Of a stretch of DNA of 55,595 nt, positions 1 through 18,545 are shown piece by piece (positions within the stretch are counted from its first letter, which is position 1; every line of letters begins with the position of its first letter). Made by a program: the position numbers and the translations under genes. The DNA is taken from positions 62,001-117,595 of the forward strand of contig CAUYUJ010000150.1 of the NCBI GenBank assembly GCA_963575745.1, written 5' to 3'. The notes beneath the pieces were generated by a model. That model was not told the origin of the DNA, made no database searches, and saw only the letters and a list, made by a program, of their open reading frames with translations. The stretch comes from Prorocentrum cordatum (lineage: Eukaryota).

Positions 1-175
1 GGAATGGGCGGACTGGAGTCCGTATTCGTAGGTATTATGAAGCCGGAGGGGTTTCCCGTTTCCTGTTTCCCGTTTCCCGCCGCCCCCCCCCCCCCCCATG
101 GGGCCTCCAGCTAAGGTCCGTACAAGAGGGTAGGGACAGCAAGGTAGAATGGGGCCTCCAGGTAACGTCCTTACC

Positions 176-5615
<5,440 letters not shown>

Positions 5616-5819
5616 TGATTGGTTTTTAAGAAAAACGAAAAAGAACAAACAAACAAACAGTAGTGTTGATTCCCCGTGACCGGTGTATTTTTTGTTTCTC
5701 ACTTCCTGTGTTCCACCTGGGGCTGGCACGCAGCTTTCCCAAACCAGCATGTGGTGTTGCGTCCTCGCTTTGAAGAAACAGCGCCATGCGTCCCACCCCT
5801 CCTTCTCCTCCTCTTCCCC

Positions 5820-8390
5820 CTCACCCCCTCACACGCTTCGTGGCCCCATAGGGAGGAGATCCACCGACGGCCCCAGCGGTACCGTCCACGCGCCCGCGCC
5901 ACCAAGCTCGGCACACCCTTCACACGCCTCTGGACCCCATAGGGATCTCCACCTAAGGCATGAGGCATGAGTGGCACCGTCCACATGCGTCCGCGCTCCT
6001 CATTTCGGCACACACGTCACACGCTTTTTGGCCCCATAGAGAGCTCCGCTCCACCCAAGGTCCCAGTGGCACCATCCACATGCGTCTGCGCAACCAATTT
6101 CGGCACACCTCTCACACGCTTCGTGGCCCCGTGGGGACCGTCCACGTGCGCCCGCGCCACCCATTTTGGCGCACACCTCACACGTTTCGTGGCCACAAAG
6201 GGAACTCCACCCGAGGCCTTGGTGGCACCGTCCACATGCGTCCGCGCCACCCATTTTCGGTACAACCCTCATACGTTTCGTGGCCCCACAGAGAACTCCA
6301 CCGAATGCTCCAGCGGCACCATCCACATGCGTCCGCGCCACCAGTTGCGGCACACCATTCACACGATTCGTGGCCCCATAGGGAGCTCCACCGAATGCTC
6401 CAGCGGCACCGTCCACCTGCGTCCGCGCCATCCATTTCGGCACACCATTCACATGTTTCGTGCCCCAGAGGGAGCTCCACCCAGAGACCCAGTGGTACCA
6501 CCGCGTGCGTCCAGTCCACCCATGTCGGCGCACCCCGCACACGCTTCGTGGCCCCACAGGGAGCCCCACTCGACGCCCGAATGGCACCGTCCCCATGCGT
6601 CCGCGCCACCAATGTCGGCACACCCTGCACAAGAGCCGTGGCCACATAGAGAGCTGCACCCAAGGCCCCAGTGGCACCGTTCGCATGCGTCCGGCCCGCC
6701 CATTTCGGCACATTTCACACGTTTCGTGGCCCCATAGGAAACTCCACCCAGCGCCCAAGTGGCACCTTTCAAACGCGCCCGCGCCATTCATGTAGGCGCA
6801 CCCCTCACACGTTTCGTGACCCCGCCCCAGAGGGAGCTCGTACCAAGGCTTCAGTGGTACGGTTCACATGTGTGCGCGCCACCCATGTCGGCGCACACCT
6901 CACACGTTTCGTGACCCTAGAGGGAGATCCACCTACGGCCTGAGTGGTCCCGTTCGCATGCGTGCGCGACACCCATGTCGAACCACCCCTCGCACGTTTC
7001 GTGGGCCCCCAGGGGGCTCAACTAATAAAGATCCCAGTGGCACCGCTCTCGCGCGTCCATTCGACCAATTTCGGCATACCCTTCATACGTATCGTGGCCC
7101 CATCGGGAGCTCCACCCAAGGCCCCAGTGGCACCTTCCACACGCGTCCGCGCCACCCATGTCCGCACACCCCTCACACGTTTCGTGGCCCCATAGGGAGC
7201 TCCACCCAAGGCCCCAGTGTCACCGTCCATGTGCGTCCGCGCGATTTTTCCCGGCGCACCCCTCACACGTTTCGTGGCCCCATAGGGAGCTCCACCCAAG
7301 GCCCCAGTGGGAGGGTTCGCATGCGTCCAGTCCACCCATGTCGGCACACCCCTTACACGTTTCGTGGCCCTACACGATTCTTCACCCAATGCCCCAGCAG
7401 AACCGTCCACATGCGTCCGCACCAGCCATGTCGGCGCACCTCTCACACGTTCCGTGGCCCCATCGGGAGCTCCACCCAGGACCGGGATGGCACCGTCCAC
7501 ATGCGTCCGCACCACCCATGTCGGCACACCCTCACACGCTTCGTGGCCCCATAGGGAGCTAACCCAAGGCCCCAGTGTCACCGTCCACGTGCGTCCGCGC
7601 AATCTATTTCGGCGCACCCCTCACACGATTCGTGGCCCCATAGGGAGCTCCACCAAGGGCTTCGCAGGAGCGGTCTACATGCGTCCGCCCGCGCTCCCCA
7701 TTTCGGGATACCCCTCACACGTTTCGTGGCCCCATGGGGAGCTCCTTCCAAGGCCCCAGTGGCACCGTCCACACGCGCCCGCGCTACCTATTCTGGCACA
7801 CCTCTCACACGCTTCGTGGCCCCATAGGGAGCTCCACCGAAGGCCCCAGCGGCAAGCGGCACCGTCCACATATGTCCGCTCCACCAAGGTCGGCACACTT
7901 CATGGTGAGCTCCACCCAAGGTCCCAAGGGCACCGTCCACATGCGTCCGCGCCACCAATTTCGACTACCCCTCACATGTTTTGTGGCCCCATAGAGAGCT
8001 CCACCCAAAGCCCCAGTGGCACCGTTCGCATGCGTCCAGACCGCCCGTTTCGGTACAACCCTCACACGTTTCGTGCTTCCATAGGGAGCAGCACCCAAAG
8101 CAGCCCAATGGCACCATCCACATGCGTCCGCGCCATTCTTTCAGGCGTACCTCTCACACGTTGCGTGACCCTAGAGGGAGCACCTACGGCCTCAGTGTTA
8201 CCGTTCGCATGCGTGCGCGACACCCATGTCGGCCCACCCCTCACACACGTTTCTTGAGCCCCCAGGGGGCTCCACCGAAGGTCCCAGTGGCACCGCTCGC
8301 ATGCGTCCGCGCCACACAACCTCTCATACGTTCGTGGCCCCATAGGGAGCTCCACCGATGGCCCCCGTGGCACCGTTCGCACGCGTCTGA
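5820..8390. repeat. ~90-bp minisatellite (cctcacacgtttcgtggccccatagggagctccacccaaggccccagtggcaccgtccacatgcgtccgcgccacccatgtcggcgcac)
   Basis: Unit starts recur at 7171, 7261, 7351 and 7441 (period 90), with diverged copies throughout. Confidence 0.95.
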
Positions 8391-9001
8391 GAAGAGTCAT
8401 GCGGTAAGCCGCGACGGGCCCCACAGGGCACGCGGGGAGCCCCAGGAAATCTGGCAATGTGGGGCCTGGGCTCCTAACAAGAATCCTCAGGATCAAGGGC
8501 TGAGGCTTCAGCGGTTCGGTCAAGCACGTGAGGTCATTCCAACCCGTGCCCCAGGGCACTGGCGGACAGCCGCGCGGACATATATGTTACGTTTGCGGGT
8601 ATCAGCCGCGAAGTACACTCGTCGGGACACTCGGCGGTGCACTCGCGCGCTACTGTCGGGCGGCTCGGTCGGTCGGTACATTCGGGCGGTGCGATCGACT
8701 GGGTTTTTTTGGCGGCACACTCGGGCGAGTCTTTCGGGTGGTGCACTCACGCGGTAGAGACGGGTGATCGATTCGGCCATGGCCCATCACTCCAAGAGTG
8801 GCTCTTGTGCGGTATCCGAATCACCCCGTTGTTCTCAACAGCATCCTGCTCAACGCCATTCCCTTTGTCAGAGTCGTTGTCATCCGTTTTCATGGCCATC
8901 GCTCCCATTGCCATCTTCCGTAAAGTCCTTCCGGATCAGCGCCGTCTGTCTTGGAGTTCTAGTCAGGTTGATCTTCCGCACGAGCCAAGCCAAGCTCTCC
9001 A

Positions 9002-11008
9002 ATGATGGTGCCAGACTTATCCGGTTCTGTCCACTTAGTGGAGCTTATTTGCGCTGTGGCTTGCGCCGCTATGATGCTGGGGCACCTGATTCGGCAGTTG
9101 TGGACTGGGGGCGCCTCACGATCTTGCTTTCGCGATTACTATGCTCGATTGCTCGCGTTCTCTACAGTCGTTAGGGCGGTGATTCTTGGAAGAAGTGGCA
9201 CCCAATACTCTGTTCACGCGCGCATGCAATCCATTAGGCTTGCCATGGCACGGAGAAGCTACCAGATTTGTTGTGCCACGGCCTTCGGGACCATTTTCCT
9301 GATCTTCTTCTCCCCCGAGCCGATCTTCTTTCCTACCGAAGATGTCCGCCCGCATATCGTTCCGAGGCGCCTGCATTACGCTTTCGTCTGGGTGGTCGTT
9401 GTGTCAGTCAATGTGTTTCCTAATTTGTTGACCCCATCGCGTCTTCATATGTGGTATTCCCTCCTGTCGTTCTCACACGCGATGACGCTCTCACCGCTGT
9501 TGCAGTTCTCTGGAGCGATTGGTCCCCTCAAGTTTCAGATTTTCTATGATTGTTTGATGTATTGCATGGTTGACCTGAGCCTTCCAGCGAATGTGTTTTG
9601 GACGACTGTTTGCTATCTTTCCGCTTCGTCCACGGTGCTTGCGGGCGAATCCAAACCAGCCGCAACGCGCGCTGGCAAACCGATCGGCATGCCGTACCCC
9701 AACCCTGACATAATCCATGACGTTTTACACGATTGGATTTTAGCCGTCTTACTTGTGGTAATCATCCACGTCGTGTTCTTTATGGTGGTCAATTCCCTCT
9801 TAGAGGGTCAAGCATGTCGGAGCGAGTTGCGCGCCGCAACGTCGATCTTAGCAGGCGTTTGTGACGCCGTGGTCGAGCTCGATTCCGGGCTCATGCTCAA
9901 GGGGCCTTCCGAAAAATTCGCGGCTTTGCTAATGCATAGCCAGCCTCGATCTTTAGCGGGAGTGAGTGTGTCGTCCTTTCTTGCCACAGACGCCGATCGC
10001 GAGAAATTTGCCAAAGAGGTGACCTCCATTAGTTTGTATGATGATTTCTGCACGGCTTTTCATGTACAATTGCGGGACAGTTGTGGCGTCTCTGTGTCGA
10101 TGGAAGTGTTCAGCGTGCGTTTCAGTGGTAGTGATGAAAAAGGGTCGTACCTAGTCGGTTTTCGGGAATTTGCGGATCTGGCTCCACCAAGGATGATTCA
10201 GCCGAGTGTGCCGAAATTGCCCAGTGATGAAATGACGTTGGATGTTCAGAGCAGTTTGCAGTCGCACGAGACTGAACACGGTGATGTTGACACCATTTCT
10301 GAAGGGGAGTCTCGCGCAACGTCTTCTATTCCCGAGGTTGCTGTTTGGGTCGACGCTATGTCACCAGAGTTAATCATTTTGTCTTGCACCATTGCCTTCG
10401 AGATGTTTAGTGGCAGCTCTTGGGCGACCATCAGTGCTACCCAGCGTGGTCTTCTGCAATGTACTCGGCCAGACCAGCGAGATGACTTGAAGTTTTGGGT
10501 TCGTCACGCCTGCGACGAGCCCACTGGACGTGAGCTGCCCGTTGTGTGTGGGGTGAGTTTCTGTTTCAGTGAGCGTCATCGTCGTTTCGGTTTCGCCATC
10601 AACAGCATGCTGAGAGTGTCTGTGGCTCCGCCAGGCGGCGAGGACTGGCCTGAGGGCCTGGACCGATCTTCGCGCGTGGTGAAGCTCGTTCTCGAGAAGC
10701 CCACGTGGATCCAGGGTCAGCGCTTGACCAGGCGCGTTCGCGCGCCCGTGCGCTCCCACGCCCCTTCGCCAGCAGGCGTCCTCGAGTCGGATGGCGCTGG
10801 CGCGGCCGAGGCGGCGGCCCCTGAGGACGTCGGCAGCGCCCCGACCCCATCGCGACGCATCGGCCAGGCGGCACAGTCGATGGTGGCGAGCGAGCCGTGG
10901 CTCGAGGACCCCGCGGGCGCTGGCGCGTTCCCGCCCGAGGTGGGCAGCGCCCTGGCGCCAGACAGCGATGGGAGCCACGCAACTGGTGGCGGGCGGCTCG
11001 CGCTCTGA
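9002..11008 (+). CDS. Intronless 668-aa membrane protein: several N-terminal hydrophobic helices followed by one or two PAS-like domains and a low-complexity tail
   Basis: Long non-repetitive ORF. Hydrophobic stretches include AFGTIFLIFF, YAFVWVVVVSVNVF and WILAVLLVVIIHVVFFMVV. A PAS-like segment (ILAGVCDAVVELDSGLMLKGPSEKFAALL...AFHVQLRDSCGVSVSMEVF...YLVGFREF) is followed by a second weaker one (VAVWVDAMSPELIILSCTIAFEMFSG). The domain call is by eye. Confidence 0.75.
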   Translation: MMVPDLSGSVHLVELICAVACAAMMLGHLIRQLWTGGASRSCFRDYYARLLAFSTVVRAVILGRSGTQYSVHARMQSIRLAMARRSYQICCATAFGTIFLIFFSPEPIFFPTEDVRPHIVPRRLHYAFVWVVVVSVNVFPNLLTPSRLHMWYSLLSFSHAMTLSPLLQFSGAIGPLKFQIFYDCLMYCMVDLSLPANVFWTTVCYLSASSTVLAGESKPAATRAGKPIGMPYPNPDIIHDVLHDWILAVLLVVIIHVVFFMVVNSLLEGQACRSELRAATSILAGVCDAVVELDSGLMLKGPSEKFAALLMHSQPRSLAGVSVSSFLATDADREKFAKEVTSISLYDDFCTAFHVQLRDSCGVSVSMEVFSVRFSGSDEKGSYLVGFREFADLAPPRMIQPSVPKLPSDEMTLDVQSSLQSHETEHGDVDTISEGESRATSSIPEVAVWVDAMSPELIILSCTIAFEMFSGSSWATISATQRGLLQCTRPDQRDDLKFWVRHACDEPTGRELPVVCGVSFCFSERHRRFGFAINSMLRVSVAPPGGEDWPEGLDRSSRVVKLVLEKPTWIQGQRLTRRVRAPVRSHAPSPAGVLESDGAGAAEAAAPEDVGSAPTPSRRIGQAAQSMVASEPWLEDPAGAGAFPPEVGSALAPDSDGSHATGGGRLAL

Positions 11009-11264
11009 GATGCGGTGTTGGCGGTCCACTTGGATTCAAGCAGTAGTGGCAGCTGGGCACCAGCTCTTCTGGCCAGCTAGGTGGCGACGGGGGAGGGAGA
11101 GAGGGGAAATGCAGGATGAGGAGGAGGGAGTCTTCGCGGATTTGTTTTGCCCTGTGTCCTTTTGATGGGCGATCCGTAAGGGCTTCGCCCCATGCCGCCG
11201 GCCCCCTTCCTCGGATAATGGGAGATGCAAAAGCTAAATCATGAGGTCGGGACTTGTTTGTTTT

Positions 11265-12100
11265 TCGATCCTGGCTCCGCCGATGTGCGTGAGGGGCGCA
11301 ACTGAATTTCAGGAATGGTGCAAATCCCATGTGTTTTTGGACCCTGACCCCGCCGATTTGCGTGAGGGTGTGTTGCCGAATTTCAGAAAGGTAAATCTTC
11401 TGTGTTTTTGGACCCTGACCCCGCCGATCTGCGTGAGGGGTGCCACCGAATTTCAGAAATGTAGCAAATCCCTTTTGTTTTTGCACCCTGACCCCGCCGA
11501 TCTGCGTGAGGGGTGCCACCGAATTTCAGAAATGCAGCAAGTCCCGTGTGTTTTTGGAGCCTGACCCTGTCGATCCGCGTGAGGGGTGCCACCGAATGTC
11601 AGAAATGTTGAGAATTTTTAGGGTTTTCAAGCCCTGACCCCGTTGATCCGCGTGAGGGGTGCCACCGAATGTCAGAAATGTAGCAAATCCGATGTGTTCT
11701 TGGACCCTGACCCCGCCGATCTGCGTGAGGGGTGCCACCGAATTTCAGAATTGTGGCAAGTCCTGTGCGTTTTTGGACCCTGACCCCACCTATCTGCGTG
11801 AGGGGTGCCGCCGAATTTCACAAATGTAGCAAATCCCTTTTGTTTTTGCACCCTGACCCCGCCGATCTGCGTGAGGGGTGCCACCGAATTTCAGAAATGT
11901 GGCAAGTCCCGTGTGTTTTTGGACCCTGACCCCGCCGATCTGCGTGAGGGGTGCCAGCAAGTTTTAGAAATGTGGCAAATCTCATGTTTTTTTTTGACCC
12001 TGACCCCGCCGATCTGCGTGAGGGGTGCCACCGAATTTTAGAAATGTGGCAAATCCCATATGTTTTTGGACCCTGACCCCGCCGATCTGCGTGAGAGGTG
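11265..12100. repeat. 73-bp tandem satellite, about 11 copies (gaccctgaccccgccgatctgcgtgaggggtgccaccgaatttcagaaatgt...)
   Basis: Unit starts at 11411 and 11484 and continues at 73-bp intervals. Confidence 0.95.
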
Positions 12101-12149
12101 TAAATTTCGACCCACCCCAGCAAGTCAGACAACACAGAGGAGGAAGTGA

Positions 12150-15100
12150 GGGAGGATTTACGCCGATCAGTGGGAGGGGGTGCTGCGCGTGCGGCGCAAA
12201 GGGTCACGTTGCAGCCCGCTTCCACAAGAACATCAATGATATTGCTCCAGGTTAATGGTGGCGGAAAGCCCGGGGTTGCCTGCGCAGTTGTCTGGGCAAC
12301 TTTTTCCAGGGCGAGGGTGCAAGGGCGTCGAGTTGGGCGGAGTCACTGACGGATGCGCCGGCGAACCCGAGACGCTGGAGCCACCTATGGGGGGCGCTGG
12401 AATGGAGGACGCAGTGCCGGGTGGCGAAGAGGAGGGTTCGGGAAGTCAAGCTAGGGGTGACGGGGATGTACGCGGTGCATGAGTGCGGCGTTGTCTGCAG
12501 CGGCGGCACTAACTTGGGCAACTGGGCTTCACAGTGTGTCGAGCAGGAGAAAAGTTGGACGCGCAAATCTGCCGTGCTACAATCAGTCGAGATTGAGGGT
12601 CCCAACCAAGAAGTTAATCAGGTACCGACGAATGGCCAGGAATGTGGGATTGGAGTCGATTGTTATTGCTGTGGAATCGGGAGCTTACAATGCGGGGCCC
12701 TCAAGTGCAGGAACTCATTTCCCGGTTTCTATCACGGATGACTCCAATAAAGGCACGCGCCGCCGTGCAGCGAATGGGGCCGTTATCAGGAAACATGGGG
12801 AACTGCTTGTTTTGGATATAAAAACAATGGTTTCATGGTGAGCATGCCCATCCAAATGGCTCCTGTTAAACAAGGACTCGGGTCAGCCCGTGAGATACTC
12901 GTATCGGGGAATCGCGCGGCGTTGGTTCGAAACATCGACGGGCGATCCCGCAGTTGCCTCGAGCGCGAGGCAAAGGGGCGCAAGGCGGGGCACAAGGCGA
13001 AGATCTGCGAGAGAAGTGTTACCTTCTTGTTCGCCACGCGGGCCTCGAAAGGAGCTGCGGGTTGAGAGGGGGCAGGAAAGTTGGGGGAGGTTGGCGAGGG
13101 GAGATGCGAGGGTTTTCCCGGGCGTGAAAGTCCCCTGGCGGGCCTGTTCCAGTGAGTCCAGCTGAACCCGGGGGCCTTGGGCAACATCCGGTCGCAAATG
13201 TGGAGGGCGACTGAGAGGGCGCGGGTGGGGGTGGTGAGTGAAGCGATGTCGAGGGCGTGTCTGTAGGAGACGATGCAGAAGTGCCCGAGGCAGTCGCGCG
13301 CGATTTGACCGACCAACGAGGACGTCGAGCGACATGACACATGTCATCTATCATGGCGGATTTGGCGCCCTCGTTGCGTTCGAGGAATGGCGGAGACGAG
13401 AGCGCGCGAACGGATGATGGAATCACGGCGGCGAGGGGCACCTGTGGTCTCGGTCGACAGCGCGCGGTTCAGTGGCAAGTGAACTACTGGAGAAGAATAA
13501 GAACGCAGCACAACATTGATATTCCATGGTGGCCATGCATTGCAAGGGCGCCAGGTTAACCCGGAGCCGCGTTTTACTTGGCAAGGGTGCGGCTGCTGCC
13601 TTGATCGAGGTGGGTCGGGGCGCGATTTGGTTCTCTGGTCGCGAGGGGCAACCCAGACGGCGACCGTGAGTCCTCCATCGCAGCTTTCATGGTTCAATGA
13701 GGCCGTTGAGGCTTCGGGCGACCTAGACCTAGGAGTGGGGGTTGGCGCCGCCGGTCAAGGCCGGGCGTTCGAGAATGCTTTGGGCGACGCGTGCAGGGTT
13801 GTTCGGAGAAGTGCATGCGCATAGACCTTGGTCTGTTACTTGCGCGCCTGTCCTCGTCGACAAGTTCGCCGCGCCACGGGCGGAGGAACGGCTCGCGGGA
13901 GGTGCCGAGGTCGCGAGGTCAACGGTGCTTTATCCGAGTTCGGAGAATGCGTCATGCATCTGAAGAATCCCCCCCGACCGGGAAACGTCGACCTCGGCGC
14001 GGGCGGGGCGTTCTTGCGGGCGCGCGGGGCAAGCCGGAAGTTCATCGTCAACCTTCGCGAAGCCTGCGAATCCCGCGTTTTTTTTGCATGATGCACGCGT
14101 GGGGGCGCGTGGTGGGGGGGTGGGGTGGGGGGGCGGAATCTGTTGCCAGCGTGGGGGGGTTGCCATGGCACCCAGATCCCAACGCGCACGTGGCGGGCGT
14201 TGAAGCGGGGGTGAAATTATTCACGGCGGTGCCTAGCCAAGACTCGTCCTCCGTCGACGGGCCCTTCGTGGCCCAGGCGGTTGCCGTGGGGAAGTCGGGG
14301 TGCATGGCGACGGGGCCGACGCCTGTGCGTTATGGCTGCACGGCCATCGTCCGGGGAAATGCTGCGCATGGGCCGCGTGGCCCAAAATGTCGCGACAGAG
14401 TTACTGAGTGGTTTGAAGGACAAGGCTGTTCTAACATCCAGGATGCGTCAGCGGCGGCCCAAATGAGGATGGAGCCCGACAGCACCAGGCAAGCCAAGTG
14501 TTAGGGGGCCCATTGATAGGCAATTAAGTCTGTAGAGACGGGGTCACAATTCGACATCGCCGTGGACGCAAGTTCAATCTTCATGCGCCTGGGGACATAG
14601 GGTTGGCACTCCCAAAAGATTATTATGCGCAACGAGCGACGAACGCATCTGATATGCGCGGGCGCTGCTGGGATGGGGGACGTGGCCGACGGTTGGACAG
14701 GCGAAGGCGCTGCGGAGTTACGAGGGCCTTGGGTGGGGGGTGGTGGACTGAGTCCCGTGCTTTCTCCAGGGGCGATGACGACGCGCGACCAGCGTGTCCC
14801 CCAGCCGAGGCCAGTTGCCACTCAGCGAAAAGCGGGGGAAGCCGGAGATGATGAGGGGGCCAGAGAAGTTAGAGAGGCAGAGGATGATAATGGGAAGGCG
14901 TTCAACGAGAGCCCAGAGGCCAAGGTTGGCAAAGGGGCCGGGCGATGAGGACACGCGTAGAAATGAGCCTGGACATGCGGGCGAAAAGCAGGTTTGCATG
15001 AACGCTTTAATGCGCTTCGGGTTGAGCATCATTTTCTGGCCACGCTGGAGTTGTGGACGAGTTAATCAGCGCCGCGTTGGATTTCATCGAAGAGGTGATT

Positions 15101-17650
15101 CAAATTAGATGGGCAACGACGTTATGCGGCAAGTGCACATGCCACGTGTGCACTCGCATGTCTCTGAGGCGTAGTCACTAGTCCCGGCTATTGGCATGGC
15201 GGAGGAAATGAGGCCCATGCCAGGATCAGCCACGGGCTGAACTACGCGCGATGAATATGGAGTCCTCTGCCAGCGAAAGTGATGAAGTCCATCGAGAACA
15301 GAGCAGCGTATTCATCGCGAGTCCAATGTGCAGCCGTCAGCAGGCTACAGGCATCTAGCTCGAAACGCATGGGGGCTGAACAGATGGGGGAAATTTGGGG
15401 GCGCAGGCATGCGGGCCGCAAGTTCGTGGTGGAACTCTGTGAGATCCAGTTGAACAGTTGGTTTTTGTTATTGAACACCCCGCGGGGGCCCGAAGCTGGG
15501 CCGCGTCGCCAGTGCAGAGAACATTTGAGCGCGGGGGCGCTCTGACCTACAATGGCAATGTATGCTGCTATGACATAAAGCAAATGGCGAAAAGAGCGGA
15601 GATGCTCGCGGAGAAACCTCCGCGGTTCACGACCAACGGCCCAGGCGTCGGAAGGGCCTGCAGCGCGACGTGACAAGGTCGCCACATCGAGTTCACCGGA
15701 GGAGGCAGAACGAGGAGACCAGAGGTATATCGGGACCGATTCAGTCCAGCCTTACATGAAGGCTCAGTCAACGATGACGGCTGACGACCGATTGGGGTGC
15801 TCGATCAGAACTGGTGGCCCCGACGCCAATTGGAGGGGCGAGCCGGGCGAAGACGTCGCAGTGAATGGGGTGGGTCTCGAGCCGAGTCAATGTTGAGATG
15901 GGCCTGCGTTAACTTGGGCCAGGGGAGATTGTGGCGCATCTCGCCTCGTGCGCCCAGGAAATGCATGGCAGGCGTGGAGCGCGTGCCTGCGCAGACTCAC
16001 CCGGGACTTGGACACCGGCCAGGTGCTCGATGACAGGGGGGTCAGCGATGGCAATGGAAACAAGCGGAGGAAGTAATCCAGAGGAGGAGCGCGCAACGTT
16101 GCTGCCGAATTCACTTGCAGAATGGCCCGGGTTGTCCAGCCTTGCCAATGGATACGTGGAGCGTGCCAACACCTGGGGTGGTTGAAAGTTCCAGGGCCGT
16201 GCGAGACACGCGGGGATGTTGCTGTCGTTCAGCCAGGTGCCAGAGGTGACGCGCGTGTTGTTCACCGCGAACATGGGGAAGCACAGGCTGGGGATGATGG
16301 CAGGAAGTGAGCCGGATCCAGAACTCGCGCCAATTGCTCGTGGGGGCGTGGAGGAGGAGGAGTTCTGGGCGGTGACTGGCCAGGCCGCCTCTTGGCACGA
16401 TTTGGGTCGATGGCAACGGGGCTGGCAAGGCCTACCCTTCGTTTCGACCCCCGCTGGACGCGCGGCAAGTTAAGTGCAGTCCCAAAGGGGCGTGCCATAT
16501 TCGCAGCCGCCCTCCATTGAACGCAGCAGCTTCCGCGCTTCATGGCAGTTGCCGAGGGAACTGGGCATGGCCGAGGGGGGCGCGGGGCAGGATTGAAGCC
16601 GGGCTTGCCGGCGTTATGCGGGCTTGCTTCTACGCCGAGGCCCGCGAGAACATTCCGCTGGGTTGCCTGAAGAAAACTGAGGGGGGGGGGGGTGGCACGC
16701 GTCGAAAGTTTCTGAATCGATGTGCGGAGCGCGAGACGCCGCCGGCGCGCGGGGTGGCCGCCGCGTGGATTATGGGCGCGATCTCGGTTTGGACTTCGGG
16801 GGGGCGTGGGGGATTTTCTTTCATTGGGTGATGATGTTGGTCTCGCTTGGTTCGAAGGTGTCATCAGAGGGAGATTCGATTTCGCAGCCCGAGGCAGACT
16901 CGGACCTGGGCCAGCCGATTCGAAGTCCATTCAACCTTCGACCGAACTGTGGAGTGGCGTCGGGATGGGCCTTGACATGAGGCGGATCAACGGAGCGCAG
17001 GGTATTTGTCGCGGAATTGGGCTCGGAGCAGAACAAGGTAAGATTTGATCTGCCAGGTGGGAAGCAGCTCTGCGAGGGAGAGGGCGAGGAGCTCCCCCGA
17101 AGTCGCGAAGTCAAGACAATCGAAACCATCGTTTCAGCCCCAGCCCGAAGGGTGCGGAGCAGTTCCACAAAATCAAGCAAGCACCTGCAGGACCACGACA
17201 GGCGCGGGCATGATATCTTGCATCAAGAACGACGACGTCGGAGGCGATTGCGTCGACGGACGCGGACTATGCACGCCGCAGAAGAACGCGTCAACCAAGT
17301 AGGGGAGGAAGAGTTTTATGTGGGGTCACATGTGTTAAGAAGTCGTGGAGTTTGTCTTGTGGCGCCCTGGCGTTGTTCTTGGGGAAGCAAGCATTATGGC
17401 ATGGTTAAGGGTGGATCAGCAGCGTCAGGACTACAAACAGTTCTCGAAGGTTCCATCGTTGAGTGCGGCACTGCGTTATAGACTGATGCCAGCGCGGCCG
17501 CTGCCATTGGAGGGGGGGGGGGGGGGGGCGGCGGCTAGGGCAAGTCGGGCGGGTCGAGATCCGCTGGGCGCGCAGGGCAGACAAAGTGCGACGAGGAAAC
17601 ATCAAACTGAGAGAAACTTGCAGGTGCTTTAACCGAGCGCGCGAGCAAGG
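12150..17650 (-). mobile_element. Possible highly decayed non-LTR retrotransposon (LINE-like) relic
   Basis: Fragmented minus-strand peptides occur in LINE order: MWRPCHVALQALP (~15.65 kb), NQLFNWISQ...EYAALFSMDFITFAGR (reminiscent of the RT D-x-x-K-x-F-D region, ~15.3 kb) and LTGAIW (~12.86 kb). No intact YADD or QG motif was seen. Confidence 0.3.
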
Positions 17651-17775
17651 GCGATCTGTCCATGCACCTACGAGGTACCAATCAATGTATATTGTGCGCG
17701 GAAGGCACGAGCTGCCACCTGCTACGGCGTGTTAGCGTCGTGTATAAAAGTATATGTATATATTGATGTGTACGC

Positions 17776-18545
17776 ATTCCCTACCTAGGCTCTGCCTAGA
17801 AGGGTTCTTACTCGGCGTGCTTAAAGGGCCGGGCAGTGCAACCCGCCCCGGGCGGTTCCCCCAGCATTCGCCCCGCGGTTCCCCCAGTTGCGCCCCCTTG
17901 GCTTAGCAGTGTTTATCTCATCTTAGCTAAGCCTATTTCATCTTAGCTTAGCTTAGCTTCATCTTAGCTCAGGTTTATTCCCTACCTAGGCTCTGCCTAG
18001 AAGCGTTCTTACCTTGCGTGTTTAAAGGGCGGGGCAGTGGAACCCGCCCCGAGCGGTTCCCCCGGCATCCCCTGGGAGCGGTTCCCCCATTCCTTCGGGG
18101 GCGTTAGCTTTAGCTTTAGCTTGAGTATTAGCTTTAGCTTTAGCTTCAGCTTAGCTGTAGCTTAGCTTTAGCTTAGCTGTAGCCTAGCTGGAGCTTTGCT
18201 CTTGCCTAGCTTTAGCTTAGCTTTAGCTTAGCTTTAGCTTCAGCTTAGATTTAGCTTAGCTTTAGCTCGGATTTTTGCTTAGCTTTAGCTTAGCTTTCGC
18301 TCAGTTTTAGCTTAGCTTTAGCTTAGATTTAGCTTAGCTTTAGCTTAGCTCCAGCTTAGCTTTAGCTTAGCTGCAGCTTAGCTTTAGCTTAGCCTTAGCT
18401 AAGCTTTAGCTAAGCTTTAGCTTCGCTTCAGCTTATATTCAGCTTTGCTTTAGCTTAGTTTTAGCTTAGCGTTAGCTTAGCTTTAGCTTAACTTTAGCTT
18501 AACTTTAACTAAGCTTTAACTGAGCTTTAGCTTAGCTTTACCTTT
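17776..18545. repeat. Two tandem copies (period 201) of a ~130-bp head, each followed by a (TTAGC/TTTAGC)n tract
   Basis: attccctacctaggctctgcctagaag...aacccgcccc..gcggttcccc occurs at 17776 and 17977. TTAGC-type tracts lie at ~17900-17970 and ~18104-18545. Confidence 0.9.

Noticed and set aside
8637..9005. Upstream ORF as an N-terminal extension of the TM-PAS gene
   Set aside because: It is in a different frame, ends in a stop overlapping the ATG, and shows no convincing splice or motif evidence.
11265..12100. CRISPR-like periodicity (73 bp; also the 90-bp array)
   Set aside because: The whole unit is repeated, so there are no unique spacers. There are no cas genes and the context is eukaryotic.
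18104..18545. Telomere or interstitial telomeric repeat
   Set aside because: The unit is TTAGC/TTTAGC and lacks the G-run of TTTAGGG/TTAGGG.
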